From Sedimentisphaerales bacterium (GTDB lineage Bacteria > Planctomycetota > Phycisphaerae > Sedimentisphaerales > Anaerobacaceae), in contig JAXGYC010000009.1 in NCBI GenBank assembly GCA_040772485.1, positions 192,001 to 256,000 on the forward strand: 64,000 bases of DNA, read 5' to 3'. Positions 8,584-18,412 of the stretch are shown here, one piece after another (position 1 is the stretch's first letter; each line of letters opens with the position of its first letter). The position numbers were made by a program, and so were the translations under genes. The notes beneath the pieces are model-generated. The model searched no databases. It was given only the letters and a program-made list of their open reading frames with translations, and was not told where the DNA came from.

Positions 8584-10899
8584 TTACGGTTGCGGAGGAG
8601 CCAGCATGCTGAGCTCGAACGTTTTGTACGTGGCGTTGCCCACGTCGTCGCTGATCTTCAGCGCGATGACGTGCTCGCCCGGCTCCAGCTCCTCGGTGAT
8701 CAGCGTGAAGCTCTCGTCGGTGGTGTCGAAGACCAGATCGTCGGGAAGGGTGCTCTTCCACTTGGCGTTGCTGTTGATCGTGTATTCGAGCTTGCCGATC
8801 ACACTCAGGTCGTCCGTGATCTGGAGCTTGAGCGTGGCGGCCTTGCCCACCTTGTCGAGGGCGTACTTGCGAATGACCGGTCCGGTGTTGTCGACAACGA
8901 TGGGATCGCTGATCCGGCTGCCCGTCAGTTTCGTCGTGGGGCTGTTGCCGCGCTCGTCGCTGGCGACGACGCGGACTTCATACCGGCCGTCCTCGACGGT
9001 CTTGCCATCCCATTCGTAGCTGTCGTCCTCGATCGCGTCCTTCAGCTCGATCCAGTGGTCCCGGCCGATCTTGCGGAAATCGATCGTGTACGTGAGCGTG
9101 TCATCGTTGTCGTCGCTGGCTTTGTAGCTGATCTTGAACAGGCCTTCTTTGCCCGACCCGCTCAGCCGGGTGGCCTCCACCGATTCGACCTTGGGCGCCA
9201 GGTTGGGGATCGTGCTGGCCACGGCCACCTCGCGAATCAGCGGCGTCTTCGTGCCGTCCGGCGTTTGCAGCGTCAGCTTGTATTGGCAGAAGCGTCCCAG
9301 CGGGCAGCGCAACTGGATTGGCTCAACGATCTCGGCTTGCTCGGTCCACTCGGAGAAGGTCGGGTCGTTGACGTCCTTGACGTTTCCGCTGCGCGAGGCG
9401 ACGAGCACCTTGCAGCCGCGCGGGACGTCGGCGTCGATTTGCAGCTTGCCCCATTTGGCCGGCTGCCCGGCGTCGATCAGCCCGGAGACGTAGGTTCCTT
9501 CCGAGGCATAGTCCGACGACAGCAGCACGAGCCGGGCCGGATTGGCGGTCCCGATGTACACGTCGCCCTCGATGACCTCGACCGCCGTGATCTGGGCGGC
9601 CTTCTCGTCCTGGTACGCGATCGTGCTGCGCTCGGCCTCGGGATCGATCGAATAGAGCTGCGCGCTGTTGCCCGAGCCGATGAGGATGCTGCCCTTCTGC
9701 TGGGTCAGGCACAGCAGGACCGCCGATTCGCTGAACAGCTCGGTGACGTAACCCTGCTTGGAGATCCGGTAGAGGTAGCTGGCGGTTCCCGGTTTGCTGC
9801 CCCGGGCGACGGGCGCGGGGCGCTGGGAGGATTTCTGGTCGGCTTCCTTCCGGGTGTTGGCGATCTGGAGCTTCATGCCGCCATCGCCGTCGGCGGTGTC
9901 CTTGCGGCTCTCTTCCTTGGGCTCCGGTCGTCCGGCGACGGTCTGGTCGGCCGCAAACTTGCGCTCGTTCTCCACGACCTTGGCGGATGTCGCGGTGGCG
10001 TAGAGATATTCCGCTTCGCCGGGCGTTTCGCCGCCGAACAGCAGCGCGCTGATTTCGGGCTCCTCGCTGTCGTAGAGGACCGTGGCCGACTTGTTGCGCG
10101 GGTTGATCTTGTAGACCAGTCCGCGCGTGTCGCTTCCGGCATAGACGAAGCCGTCCTTGCCGGCCGCCAGGGACAGGATGTTCTTGTCCGGGCTGTCGTA
10201 CACGAGCTGCGCGACCTTGCCCGATGGATCGAGCACGTAGATCTTGCCCTCCGGACCGGTCCCGAGATAGAGGTTCCCCACGTTGTCCGTCTCGATGGCG
10301 AAGATGTACTTGGCGTCGTCCGGCTCGAAGATCGTCTCCATCGTGCCCGTCTCGTACCGGCACAGGCGGCACTTGTTGCCGCTGATGCCGACCACCAGCC
10401 GGCCCGCTACGTCGATCGCCATGGCGAAGATGTGCTCGTTGGAGAACAGCTCCTCTTTTTCGACGGCCTGGTCGCCGGCTTCGTCTTTCTCTTCGGCCGC
10501 CTCCGGGGACGGGGGAGCCTTGGGAACGGCCGGCTGGTCCTTGTCGACGGGGCTTTGGCTCTCCGTCGGATAGATCTTCGTGACGGCGCCGAGGCGGTAT
10601 TTGTAGATGCTGCCGTTCGGACTGGTGCCGATGTAGACGGTGCCTCCGCTGGCAACGATGCTGTTGACCGACCATACGTCATCGAAGTTCGAGGCGAGCA
10701 CCTTGGCGGCCCGACCCAGTTGGATGGTCCCGCGCGAGCTGATTACGACATTCTCCGTCTTGCCTTCGAGCAGTTGCTTGCCGGTGGCTTGGCGCGTGAT
10801 CTTGCTGGTCACCGCTCCCGTCGGACCGACCAGCAGGCCGACCATCATCGCCACCGCGACCGTGCGCAACCGATTCCCACTGCGAAATTCCATTCTCAT
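8584..10899 (-). CDS. Secreted beta-propeller protein with C-terminal Fn3/Ig-like domains
   Basis: Signal peptide; repeated 'YIGTSPNGSIY / LYLGTGPEGKIY / VYAGSDTRGLVY' blades; WDGKTVEDGRYEVRVVASD. Confidence 0.7.
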   Translation of the reverse strand: MRMEFRSGNRLRTVAVAMMVGLLVGPTGAVTSKITRQATGKQLLEGKTENVVISSRGTIQLGRAAKVLASNFDDVWSVNSIVASGGTVYIGTSPNGSIYKYRLGAVTKIYPTESQSPVDKDQPAVPKAPPSPEAAEEKDEAGDQAVEKEELFSNEHIFAMAIDVAGRLVVGISGNKCRLCRYETGTMETIFEPDDAKYIFAIETDNVGNLYLGTGPEGKIYVLDPSGKVAQLVYDSPDKNILSLAAGKDGFVYAGSDTRGLVYKINPRNKSATVLYDSEEPEISALLFGGETPGEAEYLYATATSAKVVENERKFAADQTVAGRPEPKEESRKDTADGDGGMKLQIANTRKEADQKSSQRPAPVARGSKPGTASYLYRISKQGYVTELFSESAVLLCLTQQKGSILIGSGNSAQLYSIDPEAERSTIAYQDEKAAQITAVEVIEGDVYIGTANPARLVLLSSDYASEGTYVSGLIDAGQPAKWGKLQIDADVPRGCKVLVASRSGNVKDVNDPTFSEWTEQAEIVEPIQLRCPLGRFCQYKLTLQTPDGTKTPLIREVAVASTIPNLAPKVESVEATRLSGSGKEGLFKISYKASDDNDDTLTYTIDFRKIGRDHWIELKDAIEDDSYEWDGKTVEDGRYEVRVVASDERGNSPTTKLTGSRISDPIVVDNTGPVIRKYALDKVGKAATLKLQITDDLSVIGKLEYTINSNAKWKSTLPDDLVFDTTDESFTLITEELEPGEHVIALKISDDVGNATYKTFELSMLAPPQP

Positions 10900-10952
10900 C
10901 TCAACTCCCTGTTTCATAAATGCCGCTCCGGCGCTCCAGTTGGCCGGCCGAC

Positions 10953-12827
10953 TCATTCTTCCACCACGATGGGCACGATCTCTCTGTCGCCGATCACGGT
11001 GCCTGTCTCGATAGTCTTCTCGATCCAGTGGGGGTACGGCTGGACCCGCAAGGCCCTCTTTTCGCTTTGCAGGACGACGCTCTTGGTCCCGGGCAGGTCG
11101 GGCAGTTCCGCCTTGTCGAGCGTGATTCCCTCCGGCGGCAACACCAGAATGCAGTAGAGCCGCGTGCGAGGGATGTTCAGCGCCAGGTTCAACGCCTCCA
11201 CGAGCGTCTGGTAGTTCGTCGCGATGAACCGGTAGGGGACGGTCTTGGCCAGGAACCGCTCGTATTCCTGGGCCCCGCAGAGCATCAGGCCGTACTTGCC
11301 CGGCGCCACGCTCTTCGGCACCGGCAGCGTGATCTGATACTTCTTCTTCTGTGCCCGGTACGATTCGATCACCACGTTCACCTCGATGTCTTCGCCCGGC
11401 TTGATGGTCGGATCGACCACGTCGATCGACCAGAGGTGCGACGAGATGCTGTCGGTTCGGATGCGCGCGTCAAAATCCATCGATTGGATCTTGGGCGATC
11501 CGTACGGGTTGTTCATGAGCAGTGCGACCGCGCCGACGATCTCCGAAATCGGTTCGAGCAAGCCGTCGCTGGCCGAGGTGTTTCCGAAACGGATGGCCTG
11601 CCCGTCGTCCAGGTGGATCGCGGAGGTGTATTCAATCGTATGCTCCGGCGGCAGGGGGCCGAGTCGAAGCGCTGCGCCGGCCACCGCCGAACGAGCCAGG
11701 CTCGCGGTCATCGTGTCATTGTAGGCCAGCCGGCACTGGTAGGTGCGCGGCTCGGGGTCGTTGTATCGCTCGATGCGAATCGACAGCGGAATCATGTTGG
11801 GCTCGACGCCGAGCTGCCCGCAGACCCCCGTGATTTCGTCGGTGGTGATGGTGCCGACGATCTTGCCGGCGGCGCCCAGCTTGGACGAGCGCATCACGTT
11901 GGAGATGACCGTGTAGACCTTGCCGCCGGCCATGGGCAGGTTGACCGCGCCGTAGCCCAGGAAGCTGTGCCCGAACGCGTAGACGCGGCCGTCGCGGACC
12001 TCGGTCACCGTGCCCAGCACGTTCATGTTGATGTCGCCGGCGACGAGGGGCATGGTCAGGGCGGCGCCGGGCTTCAACTCCGTGGCCTCTTCGTCACCCG
12101 TGGCGGCGGTGCCGCTCAGACCGGGAACGGCCATGAACCCCATCGCGTCGAAGTGCGAAGCCAGTTCCTGACAGGCCTGGGTCGGAAGGCCCGAGATCAA
12201 CAGCGGGCAGGGCATCGCACTGGCGCCGCTGGGCCCGGCCGATCCGATGAGTCGGCGACGGCTCACCTGCTCGCTGATCTGCGCCAGGTCGATGGGCTTG
12301 GAGAAATCGAAGGCGAAGGCCGGCTGGCGGCGGGCGCCCGGAGCGGCCATCGCCGGATTTGTCCGTCCGACCTCGAGCATCTCCCGGATGGGCGTTACGC
12401 CGTACAGCGGGTCTTTCGCGAACTGCCAGCCGAAGGCCAGCGCTCCGGCCAGACGGCCGTCGATATAGACCGGAGAACCGCTACAGCCGCCCACCGGACC
12501 GGTGTGCTGGAACCGTTCGTCCAGACCCATCACCAGGATGGCGTCGTGCCCCGGATCCACCTCATACACGACGTCCAATACCTTCAATGCGAACTTTTCA
12601 ATCCCGTTGTCGCCGTAGTCGGTCAGACAGTAGGCGTCCATGCCGGGACGGACTTCGTTGATGTCGATATATCGCTGCGGATCCCACGACACACCGGTCG
12701 AACCACGGGCGGCGACGCCGAAGACCAGAACGAGCGCCAGCGCAAGAAGGCCGACGGCCCCGAGACGGCGGCCGAAACAGGTGGATCCTTCTGCGTTCTG
12801 GTGTGGTTTTGCGTCCGTCCCCAGCAT
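10953..12827 (-). CDS. SpoIVB-like peptidase (S55) domain protein
   Basis: GGCSGSPVYIDGRLAGALAFG (catalytic Ser motif); GTVTEV..RVYAFGHSF; signal peptide. Confidence 0.85.
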   Translation of the reverse strand: MLGTDAKPHQNAEGSTCFGRRLGAVGLLALALVLVFGVAARGSTGVSWDPQRYIDINEVRPGMDAYCLTDYGDNGIEKFALKVLDVVYEVDPGHDAILVMGLDERFQHTGPVGGCSGSPVYIDGRLAGALAFGWQFAKDPLYGVTPIREMLEVGRTNPAMAAPGARRQPAFAFDFSKPIDLAQISEQVSRRRLIGSAGPSGASAMPCPLLISGLPTQACQELASHFDAMGFMAVPGLSGTAATGDEEATELKPGAALTMPLVAGDINMNVLGTVTEVRDGRVYAFGHSFLGYGAVNLPMAGGKVYTVISNVMRSSKLGAAGKIVGTITTDEITGVCGQLGVEPNMIPLSIRIERYNDPEPRTYQCRLAYNDTMTASLARSAVAGAALRLGPLPPEHTIEYTSAIHLDDGQAIRFGNTSASDGLLEPISEIVGAVALLMNNPYGSPKIQSMDFDARIRTDSISSHLWSIDVVDPTIKPGEDIEVNVVIESYRAQKKKYQITLPVPKSVAPGKYGLMLCGAQEYERFLAKTVPYRFIATNYQTLVEALNLALNIPRTRLYCILVLPPEGITLDKAELPDLPGTKSVVLQSEKRALRVQPYPHWIEKTIETGTVIGDREIVPIVVEE

Positions 12828-12971
12828 GTGTATCCTTTCAATCAGCAGCAGCGCAAAATTCTACTTTTCCGGCAGTTGCATTGCAAGCCGAATTTGTTAC
12901 CATAAAGGCTTGTCTTTCGGTGGCCCGATAACCCGGGCCGGCGTTCCCAGGCATGGACATGGAGAACCAGA

Positions 12972-13796
12972 ATGAAATCGGAGCATCGGCACGAACTGAA
13001 GACCAACGAGCTGGCCGACTGGCTCGCGCACTTTCCGCAGTGGATCCAGGACAACCGGTCGACGCTGATCGGCGCGGTCGTGGTGATCGTTCTGTTGATT
13101 GCCGTGTATTTCGTGCGGTTTTATCGGAAGGACGTGGTGTCCGTTCGCCAGCACGTGCAATTGACCGGTCTGGTGACGCAGATCCCCAGTCAGAAGATGA
13201 CCAGCGCGCGGGCCGCCAGTCAGGGGACGGACCAGTCGATCGCTCTGCTTTCGATCGGGCAGGATCTCAAGAAGTTCGCCGACGGCAGCGGCAACGACCG
13301 TCTGGCCGCTCTGGCCTTGATCAAGCACGCCGAAACGCTGCGGGCCGAGCTGCACTATCGTCCCACCGCCCCCGGAAGCGAAGAGGTCGCGCGGCAGATC
13401 GCGCAGGCGCAGAGCAGTTACCAGGCGGCGCTGTCTCGTGCGGCGTCGATTCCGGCGCTGGCGGCCACGGCGCAGTTCGGACTGGGCCTGTGCGAAGAAG
13501 AGCTGGGCAACCTCGACAAGGCCAAGGAGATCTACCGCGAGGTGGCGCAGAAGGCCGAGTACGACGGCACCGCCGCACGGGCGGCCGCCGCCGATCGTCT
13601 CCGGACCGTAGACGACTATCGCGGCGCAGTGACTTTCCGACCGGCGCCGCCCAGGACGGAGGGCGCATCGGCGCCGCAGGTTCAGATCGCGCCGCTCGAC
13701 GCCAATGCGCCGAGCGACCAGGTCTTCTTCGCGCCGGCGACGCCGGATGCCAACGCGCCCGCGGTGCCTGAGGCGAACGCTCCGGCAGGCAATTGA
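12972..13796 (+). CDS. Membrane-anchored TPR protein (YfgM-like)
   Basis: MKSEHRHELKTNELA N-terminus, one TM helix, TPR motif AQFGLGLCEEELGNLDKAKEIY. Confidence 0.75.
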   Translation: MKSEHRHELKTNELADWLAHFPQWIQDNRSTLIGAVVVIVLLIAVYFVRFYRKDVVSVRQHVQLTGLVTQIPSQKMTSARAASQGTDQSIALLSIGQDLKKFADGSGNDRLAALALIKHAETLRAELHYRPTAPGSEEVARQIAQAQSSYQAALSRAASIPALAATAQFGLGLCEEELGNLDKAKEIYREVAQKAEYDGTAARAAAADRLRTVDDYRGAVTFRPAPPRTEGASAPQVQIAPLDANAPSDQVFFAPATPDANAPAVPEANAPAGN

Positions 13797-13806
13797 CGGC
13801 AAAGCC

Positions 13807-14793
13807 ATGTGTGAGTTGCCCGAAGTTTACGGTCAACCGGTGACGCTTCACGTGGGCGTCTCGATCCGAGAGCGGAGGATCGACAAGTACCTGCACGGCC
13901 GGTTCCGCAACCTCAGCCGGCACTTCCTCCAGAACGCCATCCGATCCGGCGCCGTCAAGGTCAACGGCCAGCCCGTCAAGCCCAGCTTCAAGCTCAGCCA
14001 CCGCGACGTGATCGAGTTCGTGATGCCCGAGCCGGAGAAGAAGGAGATCGAGCCGGAAGACATCCCCCTGGACGTCCTCTACGAGGACGACGATCTGATC
14101 GTCCTGAACAAGCCGCCTGACCTGATCGTGCATCCGGCGCGGGGCAACAAGCACGGAACGCTTGTCAACGCCCTGGCGCACTACTCCGAGCATCTCTCCA
14201 GCGGACTGGGCGAGTTCCGCCCGGGCATCGTCCATCGGCTCGACCGCAACACGACGGGCGTGATGGTGGTGACCAAGCACGACATGGCGCAGTGGAAGGT
14301 GGCCAAGCAATTCGAGCTGCGGCAGGTCGAGAAGAGCTACCTGGCGATCGTCCACGGCACGCCCGAACTGACCGCCGACCGGATCGATGCGCCGCTCGGC
14401 GTGCACCCGAAGATCCGCGAGAAGTACTCGATTCGTCCCGAGACGGGCAAAGAGGCCGTGACCTTCTACGAGGTCGTCGAGGCCTTTCGCGGCTTTTCGC
14501 TGATCCACTGCAAGCCTCGCACCGGACGGACGCATCAGATCCGCGTGCATCTGTCGCATCTGAAGCATCCGATCGTCGCCGACGACATGTACGGCGGCAA
14601 GCTCGTCTATCCCTGGCAACTCGCCGACGCCGAGCCGGCCGTCGAGGAGCCCGTCATCGGCCGCTGCGCCCTGCACGCCTGGACGCTGGAATTCACCCAC
14701 CCGACCACCGGGCAGCGCGTCCGGTTCGAAGCCCCGCTGCCGGCCGACATGCAGCACCTGCTCGACCTCCTCCGCCGGCATCGCCAAGCCTGA
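13807..14793 (+). CDS. RluA-family (RluD-like) pseudouridine synthase
   Basis: S4 domain, LNKPPDLIVHP, GIVHRLDRNTTG, TGRTHQIRVH. Confidence 0.95.
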   Translation: MCELPEVYGQPVTLHVGVSIRERRIDKYLHGRFRNLSRHFLQNAIRSGAVKVNGQPVKPSFKLSHRDVIEFVMPEPEKKEIEPEDIPLDVLYEDDDLIVLNKPPDLIVHPARGNKHGTLVNALAHYSEHLSSGLGEFRPGIVHRLDRNTTGVMVVTKHDMAQWKVAKQFELRQVEKSYLAIVHGTPELTADRIDAPLGVHPKIREKYSIRPETGKEAVTFYEVVEAFRGFSLIHCKPRTGRTHQIRVHLSHLKHPIVADDMYGGKLVYPWQLADAEPAVEEPVIGRCALHAWTLEFTHPTTGQRVRFEAPLPADMQHLLDLLRRHRQA

Positions 14794-14855
14794 GCGTCGG
14801 CGCGACGGGCGGCGGCATCCCTGAGGCTCTGCTCCGCGTGAGTCTCGCACGGAGC

Positions 14856-14885
14856 TTGCGACTCTGGGTACCGGATGTGTATAAT
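14856..14885 (+). promoter_or_regulatory. Putative sigma70 promoter of the PIN toxin module (probably leaderless)
   Basis: TTGCGA-18 nt-TATAAT, with the ATG 7 nt after the -10 and no SD. Confidence 0.55.
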
Positions 14886-14892
14886 TGTCCGT

Positions 14893-15366
14893 ATGAGAGA
14901 TCGTGTTTACATGGAGACCAGCGTCGTAAGCTATCTCAGGAGTCGGACCAGCGCGGATACAATTGTTGCTGCCCACCAGGAGCTCACGAGGAAATGGTGG
15001 GACGAGCGAAGGCCTCGTTTCGACGTATTTGTCTCTGAGCTTGTGTACCGGGAAGCCACGGCAGGAGATGCAGCGGCGGCCAAAGCGCGCTTGGAGATTG
15101 TCGCTACGCTCCAGATCCTGACGGTCACGGAAAACGCGGTTTCCCTCGCGGGACTCCTTACGGCGAGGGGCCCCATTCCTGGCGAATACGCGGCGGATGC
15201 CCTGCATGTGGCGATAGCCGCCGTCAATGGGATGGACTATTTGTTGACGTGGAACTGCAAGCATCTTGCCAACGCGGCGCACCGCTCCAGGATTGAATCG
15301 TTGGTCGAGGGCGCCGGTTATATCTGTCCCGTTATCTGTACTCCTGAGGAGCTGATGGAGGATTAA
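14893..15366 (+). CDS. PIN-domain (VapC-like) toxin
   Basis: VYMETSVVSYL, SELVYRE...GD, DALHVAIA, DYLLTWNCKHLAN, ICTPEEL. Confidence 0.9.
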   Translation: MRDRVYMETSVVSYLRSRTSADTIVAAHQELTRKWWDERRPRFDVFVSELVYREATAGDAAAAKARLEIVATLQILTVTENAVSLAGLLTARGPIPGEYAADALHVAIAAVNGMDYLLTWNCKHLANAAHRSRIESLVEGAGYICPVICTPEELMED

Positions 15367-15368
15367 CC

Positions 15369-15539
15369 ATGTGGACCGACCCGATCGTGGAAGAAGTCCG
15401 GCGGGCACGACAGGAATATGCCAGGCAGTTCAACTATGACCTGCACGCTATCGCTGCCGATTTGCGCGAAGCCGAACAGGAGCATGCAGAACGTCTCGTC
15501 TCATTTCCCCCAAAGTCTCCGCAAAAGACAGGCAGTTGA
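15369..15539 (+). CDS. Small protein (56 aa), putative antitoxin; absent from the ORF track
   Basis: MWTDPIVEEVRRARQEYARQFNYDLHAIAADLREAEQEHAERLVSFPPKSPQKTGS; GGAGG RBS; starts 2 nt after the PIN stop. Confidence 0.8.
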   Translation: MWTDPIVEEVRRARQEYARQFNYDLHAIAADLREAEQEHAERLVSFPPKSPQKTGS

Positions 15540-15639
15540 TATCCTTATGTGCCGCTGGGAAGGGCAACCGGCGCCTTTCCCATCGCAACGCGGTCGCGGA
15601 CATCCTCTTCGTCTGTCTTGAAAGACGGAGACTCTCCGC

Positions 15640-15733
15640 CGTAGCCGGCAAACCCGCCTGACAGCCCGCCGACGCCGAGCTGGCCGACATGCAGCACCTG
15701 CTTGATCTCCTCCGCAGACATCGCGCGGTGTGA
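15640..15733 (+). pseudogene. Decayed duplicate of the rluA 3' end
   Basis: 15682-15724 matches 14742-14784 at 39/43 nt; 15667-15680 is identical to 14622-14635. Confidence 0.75.
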
Positions 15734-15786
15734 CTCAACGGCCCGTCTGAGGTGACGACGGCTCTTGCCTGGTCATGGAGGGAACG

Positions 15787-16467
15787 CTATTCCTGGGGGA
15801 GTTTGGCGAGGTCGGCGTCGGAGCCGGCGACCATCAGGATGTCCTCGGCGTAGATGATCGTGTCGGGCATCGGGATGTTGATGATCGAGTCCTTCTCGTT
15901 CTTGCGGGCCTTCGCCTCGTCGCTGCGTTTGACGATCACGAGGTTGACCTTGTACTTCTGTCGCAGTTGCAGGTCCATGACGGTCTTGCCGTCGAAGCTG
16001 GGCGGCGCCTTGATGCGGGCCAGGCTGTAGCCCGGCGCAAAGTCGATCTTCTCGCCGATCTGTGGTGCGATCAGCTTGTACGCCCATCGCTGGGCCGACT
16101 CGATCTCCGGATAGATCACTTCGGTGGCGCCGACTTTGGAGAAGACCTCGCCTGCGATGAGGCTTTCGGCCCGCGCATAGATCTGCTTGACGCCCATCTG
16201 GCGCAAGTTCACGACGGTCAGAATGGCGGCCTCGAAACTCTCCTGGCCCAGCGCGATGATGGCGACGTCCACCTTGTCGACGCCCTGCGCCTTCATGGCC
16301 TCTTCATCAGTGCTGTCGAGACGGACCGCGTGGCTGACCTGGTCCCGAATCAGCTCAATCTCGTTTCGGTTGCGGTCGACGGCAATGACTTCCGATCCGC
16401 TCATTGCCAGTGCGATGGCCAGTTTCTGGCCGAAGCGACCCAGACCTATGACGGCAAATCGTCTCAT
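15787..16467 (-). CDS. ktrA: Ktr/Trk potassium uptake regulatory subunit (KtrA-like)
   Basis: FAVIGLGRFG Rossmann motif, KVGATEVIYPE, RCK_C domain. Confidence 0.9.
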   Translation of the reverse strand: MRRFAVIGLGRFGQKLAIALAMSGSEVIAVDRNRNEIELIRDQVSHAVRLDSTDEEAMKAQGVDKVDVAIIALGQESFEAAILTVVNLRQMGVKQIYARAESLIAGEVFSKVGATEVIYPEIESAQRWAYKLIAPQIGEKIDFAPGYSLARIKAPPSFDGKTVMDLQLRQKYKVNLVIVKRSDEAKARKNEKDSIINIPMPDTIIYAEDILMVAGSDADLAKLPQE

Positions 16468-16479
16468 GCGATCCGTTCC

Positions 16480-18270
16480 TTAGCCGACAATGATGGCCTC
16501 ATCCGGATAGTTGTACCGGATCGGTTTCAGGTTGAACGTCAGCGCCGCCAGCAGGGTCAGCGGTCCGAGGCGTCCAATCAGCATAACGACAATGATAATA
16601 GCCTTTCCGGCCGTTGTCAAAGTCGGAGTCACTCCCGTGCTGAGCCCCACGGTCCCGAGCGCCGAGGCCGATTCGAACATGAGGTCCAACATGGTGAAAT
16701 CCCCGGAGAGAGGGCCCTCCGTAACGCTCAGTGCCAGCATGGTGATGAACAGGACCACGGCAAAGAGCATCGCGACGGTGATGGCGCGGCCGACGACAAC
16801 CAGCCGTACGCTGCGCCGGAACATCTCGACGTCGCCGCGCCGGCGCAGCGTGGCAAACACCGTCATGACGATCACGGCCAACGTCACCGTCTTGATCCCG
16901 CCGGCGCTGGAGCCGGGCGAGCCGCCGATGAACATCAGCAGCATCAGAACGATCTTGCTCGACGGCGTCATGGCGGCGATGTCCACCGTGTTGAAGCCGG
17001 CCGTGCGGGCCGTCACCGACTGGAACAGCGCCGCCAGCACGTCGGGGCTTCGGCCGGCGACCGAGCGGCCGGTGTAACGTTCGAAGAGCAGGATGGTCAG
17101 CGTGCCGAAGACGATCAGCACGGCGCTGACGCTCAGGACCACCTTGGTCTGAAGGCGCATCCGCTTGGGGACCTCCATCTGAAGCTGATATCGCCTGGTG
17201 AAGCGTTTCAGGAAGAACCGCTGGATGCGGTTGCCGGCCATGTTGGCCAGGTTGTACAGGACGCCGAATCCGAGTCCGCCCAGGACGATCAGCGGACAGA
17301 TGACGGCGTAGACCTGCCACTGGCGATTGTAGCGGATGAGACTGTCGCTGAAGAGGCCGAAGCCGGCGTTGCAGAAGGCGCTGATCGAATGGAAGATGCT
17401 GCAGAACCACCGGAAATGTGCATCGCCCTGCCAGCCGGGGATGTTGTCCCACATCGGGTACAGCAGGAGGGCCCCGGCGGTCTCGATTGCCACGGCGGCG
17501 ACGAAAATGAAGACGATCATATTCCCGATCCGGCTCAGCGTGCGTGCGCTGAGCAAATCCTGCATGGCGACGGATTCGCGGATGCTGAACGCCTGGCCCA
17601 GCAGCAGCGCGAACACCGCGCCGGACACCACGATCCCCAGGCCGCCGAGCTGGATCAGGATCAGGATGATCAGTTGACCCATGAAGGTGAAGTCCTTGCC
17701 GGTGTCCTTGACGACCAGGCCGGTCACGCAGGTGGCGCTGGTGGCGGTGAACAGCGCGTCGACAAGACTCAGGGGCGCAGCGGTCGAGGCCCGGGGAAGC
17801 ATGAGCAGTCCGCCGCCCGTAACGATCAGAACCACGAAGCTGGCGATCAACGTCTTGGTCGGGTTTCTGCCCGAGGCCGCCAGGCTCACGGAACTGATGC
17901 AGACCTTGACGGTGACCTCGATGATCAGGTAGATGCCGACGGCGAGGTGCCGCACGCGGCCCGGCTCGGTCTCGCTGAACCAGCGTCCCGAGCCCAGAAT
18001 AACGATTCCCAACGCGATGAGCATGGGAATCTCAAACCAGTTCGCGACCACGTATTCCTTCTTCGATACGGCATTGAAGAAGCGGATGACCTTGCCGATC
18101 AGGAAGATGCACAACATGCCGATCTGAATGTTGAACAGGATCGGCAGCGGCACAAAGGGCTCATCGAACCCGAAGAGCGTGACGAACGACGCGACGACCA
18201 TCGCCGACGTGATCGCTTTAATGACCGTCAACGTCTTCTCGATTCGATTGTTCTTATACGCGATGCGCAT
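16480..18270 (-). CDS. ktrB: Ktr/Trk potassium uptake membrane subunit (KtrB/TrkH-like)
   Basis: FTATSATCVTGL, SAFCNAGF, TARTAGF, MFIGGSPGS, SALGTVGLS pore loops. Confidence 0.92.
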   Translation of the reverse strand: MRIAYKNNRIEKTLTVIKAITSAMVVASFVTLFGFDEPFVPLPILFNIQIGMLCIFLIGKVIRFFNAVSKKEYVVANWFEIPMLIALGIVILGSGRWFSETEPGRVRHLAVGIYLIIEVTVKVCISSVSLAASGRNPTKTLIASFVVLIVTGGGLLMLPRASTAAPLSLVDALFTATSATCVTGLVVKDTGKDFTFMGQLIILILIQLGGLGIVVSGAVFALLLGQAFSIRESVAMQDLLSARTLSRIGNMIVFIFVAAVAIETAGALLLYPMWDNIPGWQGDAHFRWFCSIFHSISAFCNAGFGLFSDSLIRYNRQWQVYAVICPLIVLGGLGFGVLYNLANMAGNRIQRFFLKRFTRRYQLQMEVPKRMRLQTKVVLSVSAVLIVFGTLTILLFERYTGRSVAGRSPDVLAALFQSVTARTAGFNTVDIAAMTPSSKIVLMLLMFIGGSPGSSAGGIKTVTLAVIVMTVFATLRRRGDVEMFRRSVRLVVVGRAITVAMLFAVVLFITMLALSVTEGPLSGDFTMLDLMFESASALGTVGLSTGVTPTLTTAGKAIIIVVMLIGRLGPLTLLAALTFNLKPIRYNYPDEAIIVG

Positions 18271-18412
18271 GGGTATCGCTTCGTTCCAGACCTCTGTATG
18301 CGATTGCAGCCAAGCGGCCTTTTACACTTTTTCTCGATAGAGTTCCAGCAAAATCGCCTCCGTCGAGGGCCTGCCCCTTGGGGGACAAGTTCCGCAACGG
18401 GGACTCCGGCGG

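Noticed and set aside
8509..12905. Long plus-strand ORFs (882 and 661 aa), and similar antisense ORFs at 15775-18543, 42355-45000 and 57288-59174
   Set aside because: Shadow ORFs opposite clear genes, expected at high GC; no recognisable motifs
18271..18412. Possible c-di-AMP (ydaO) riboswitch upstream of ktrB
   Set aside because: No GCTGAA/GGGGAAC-type consensus is recognisable
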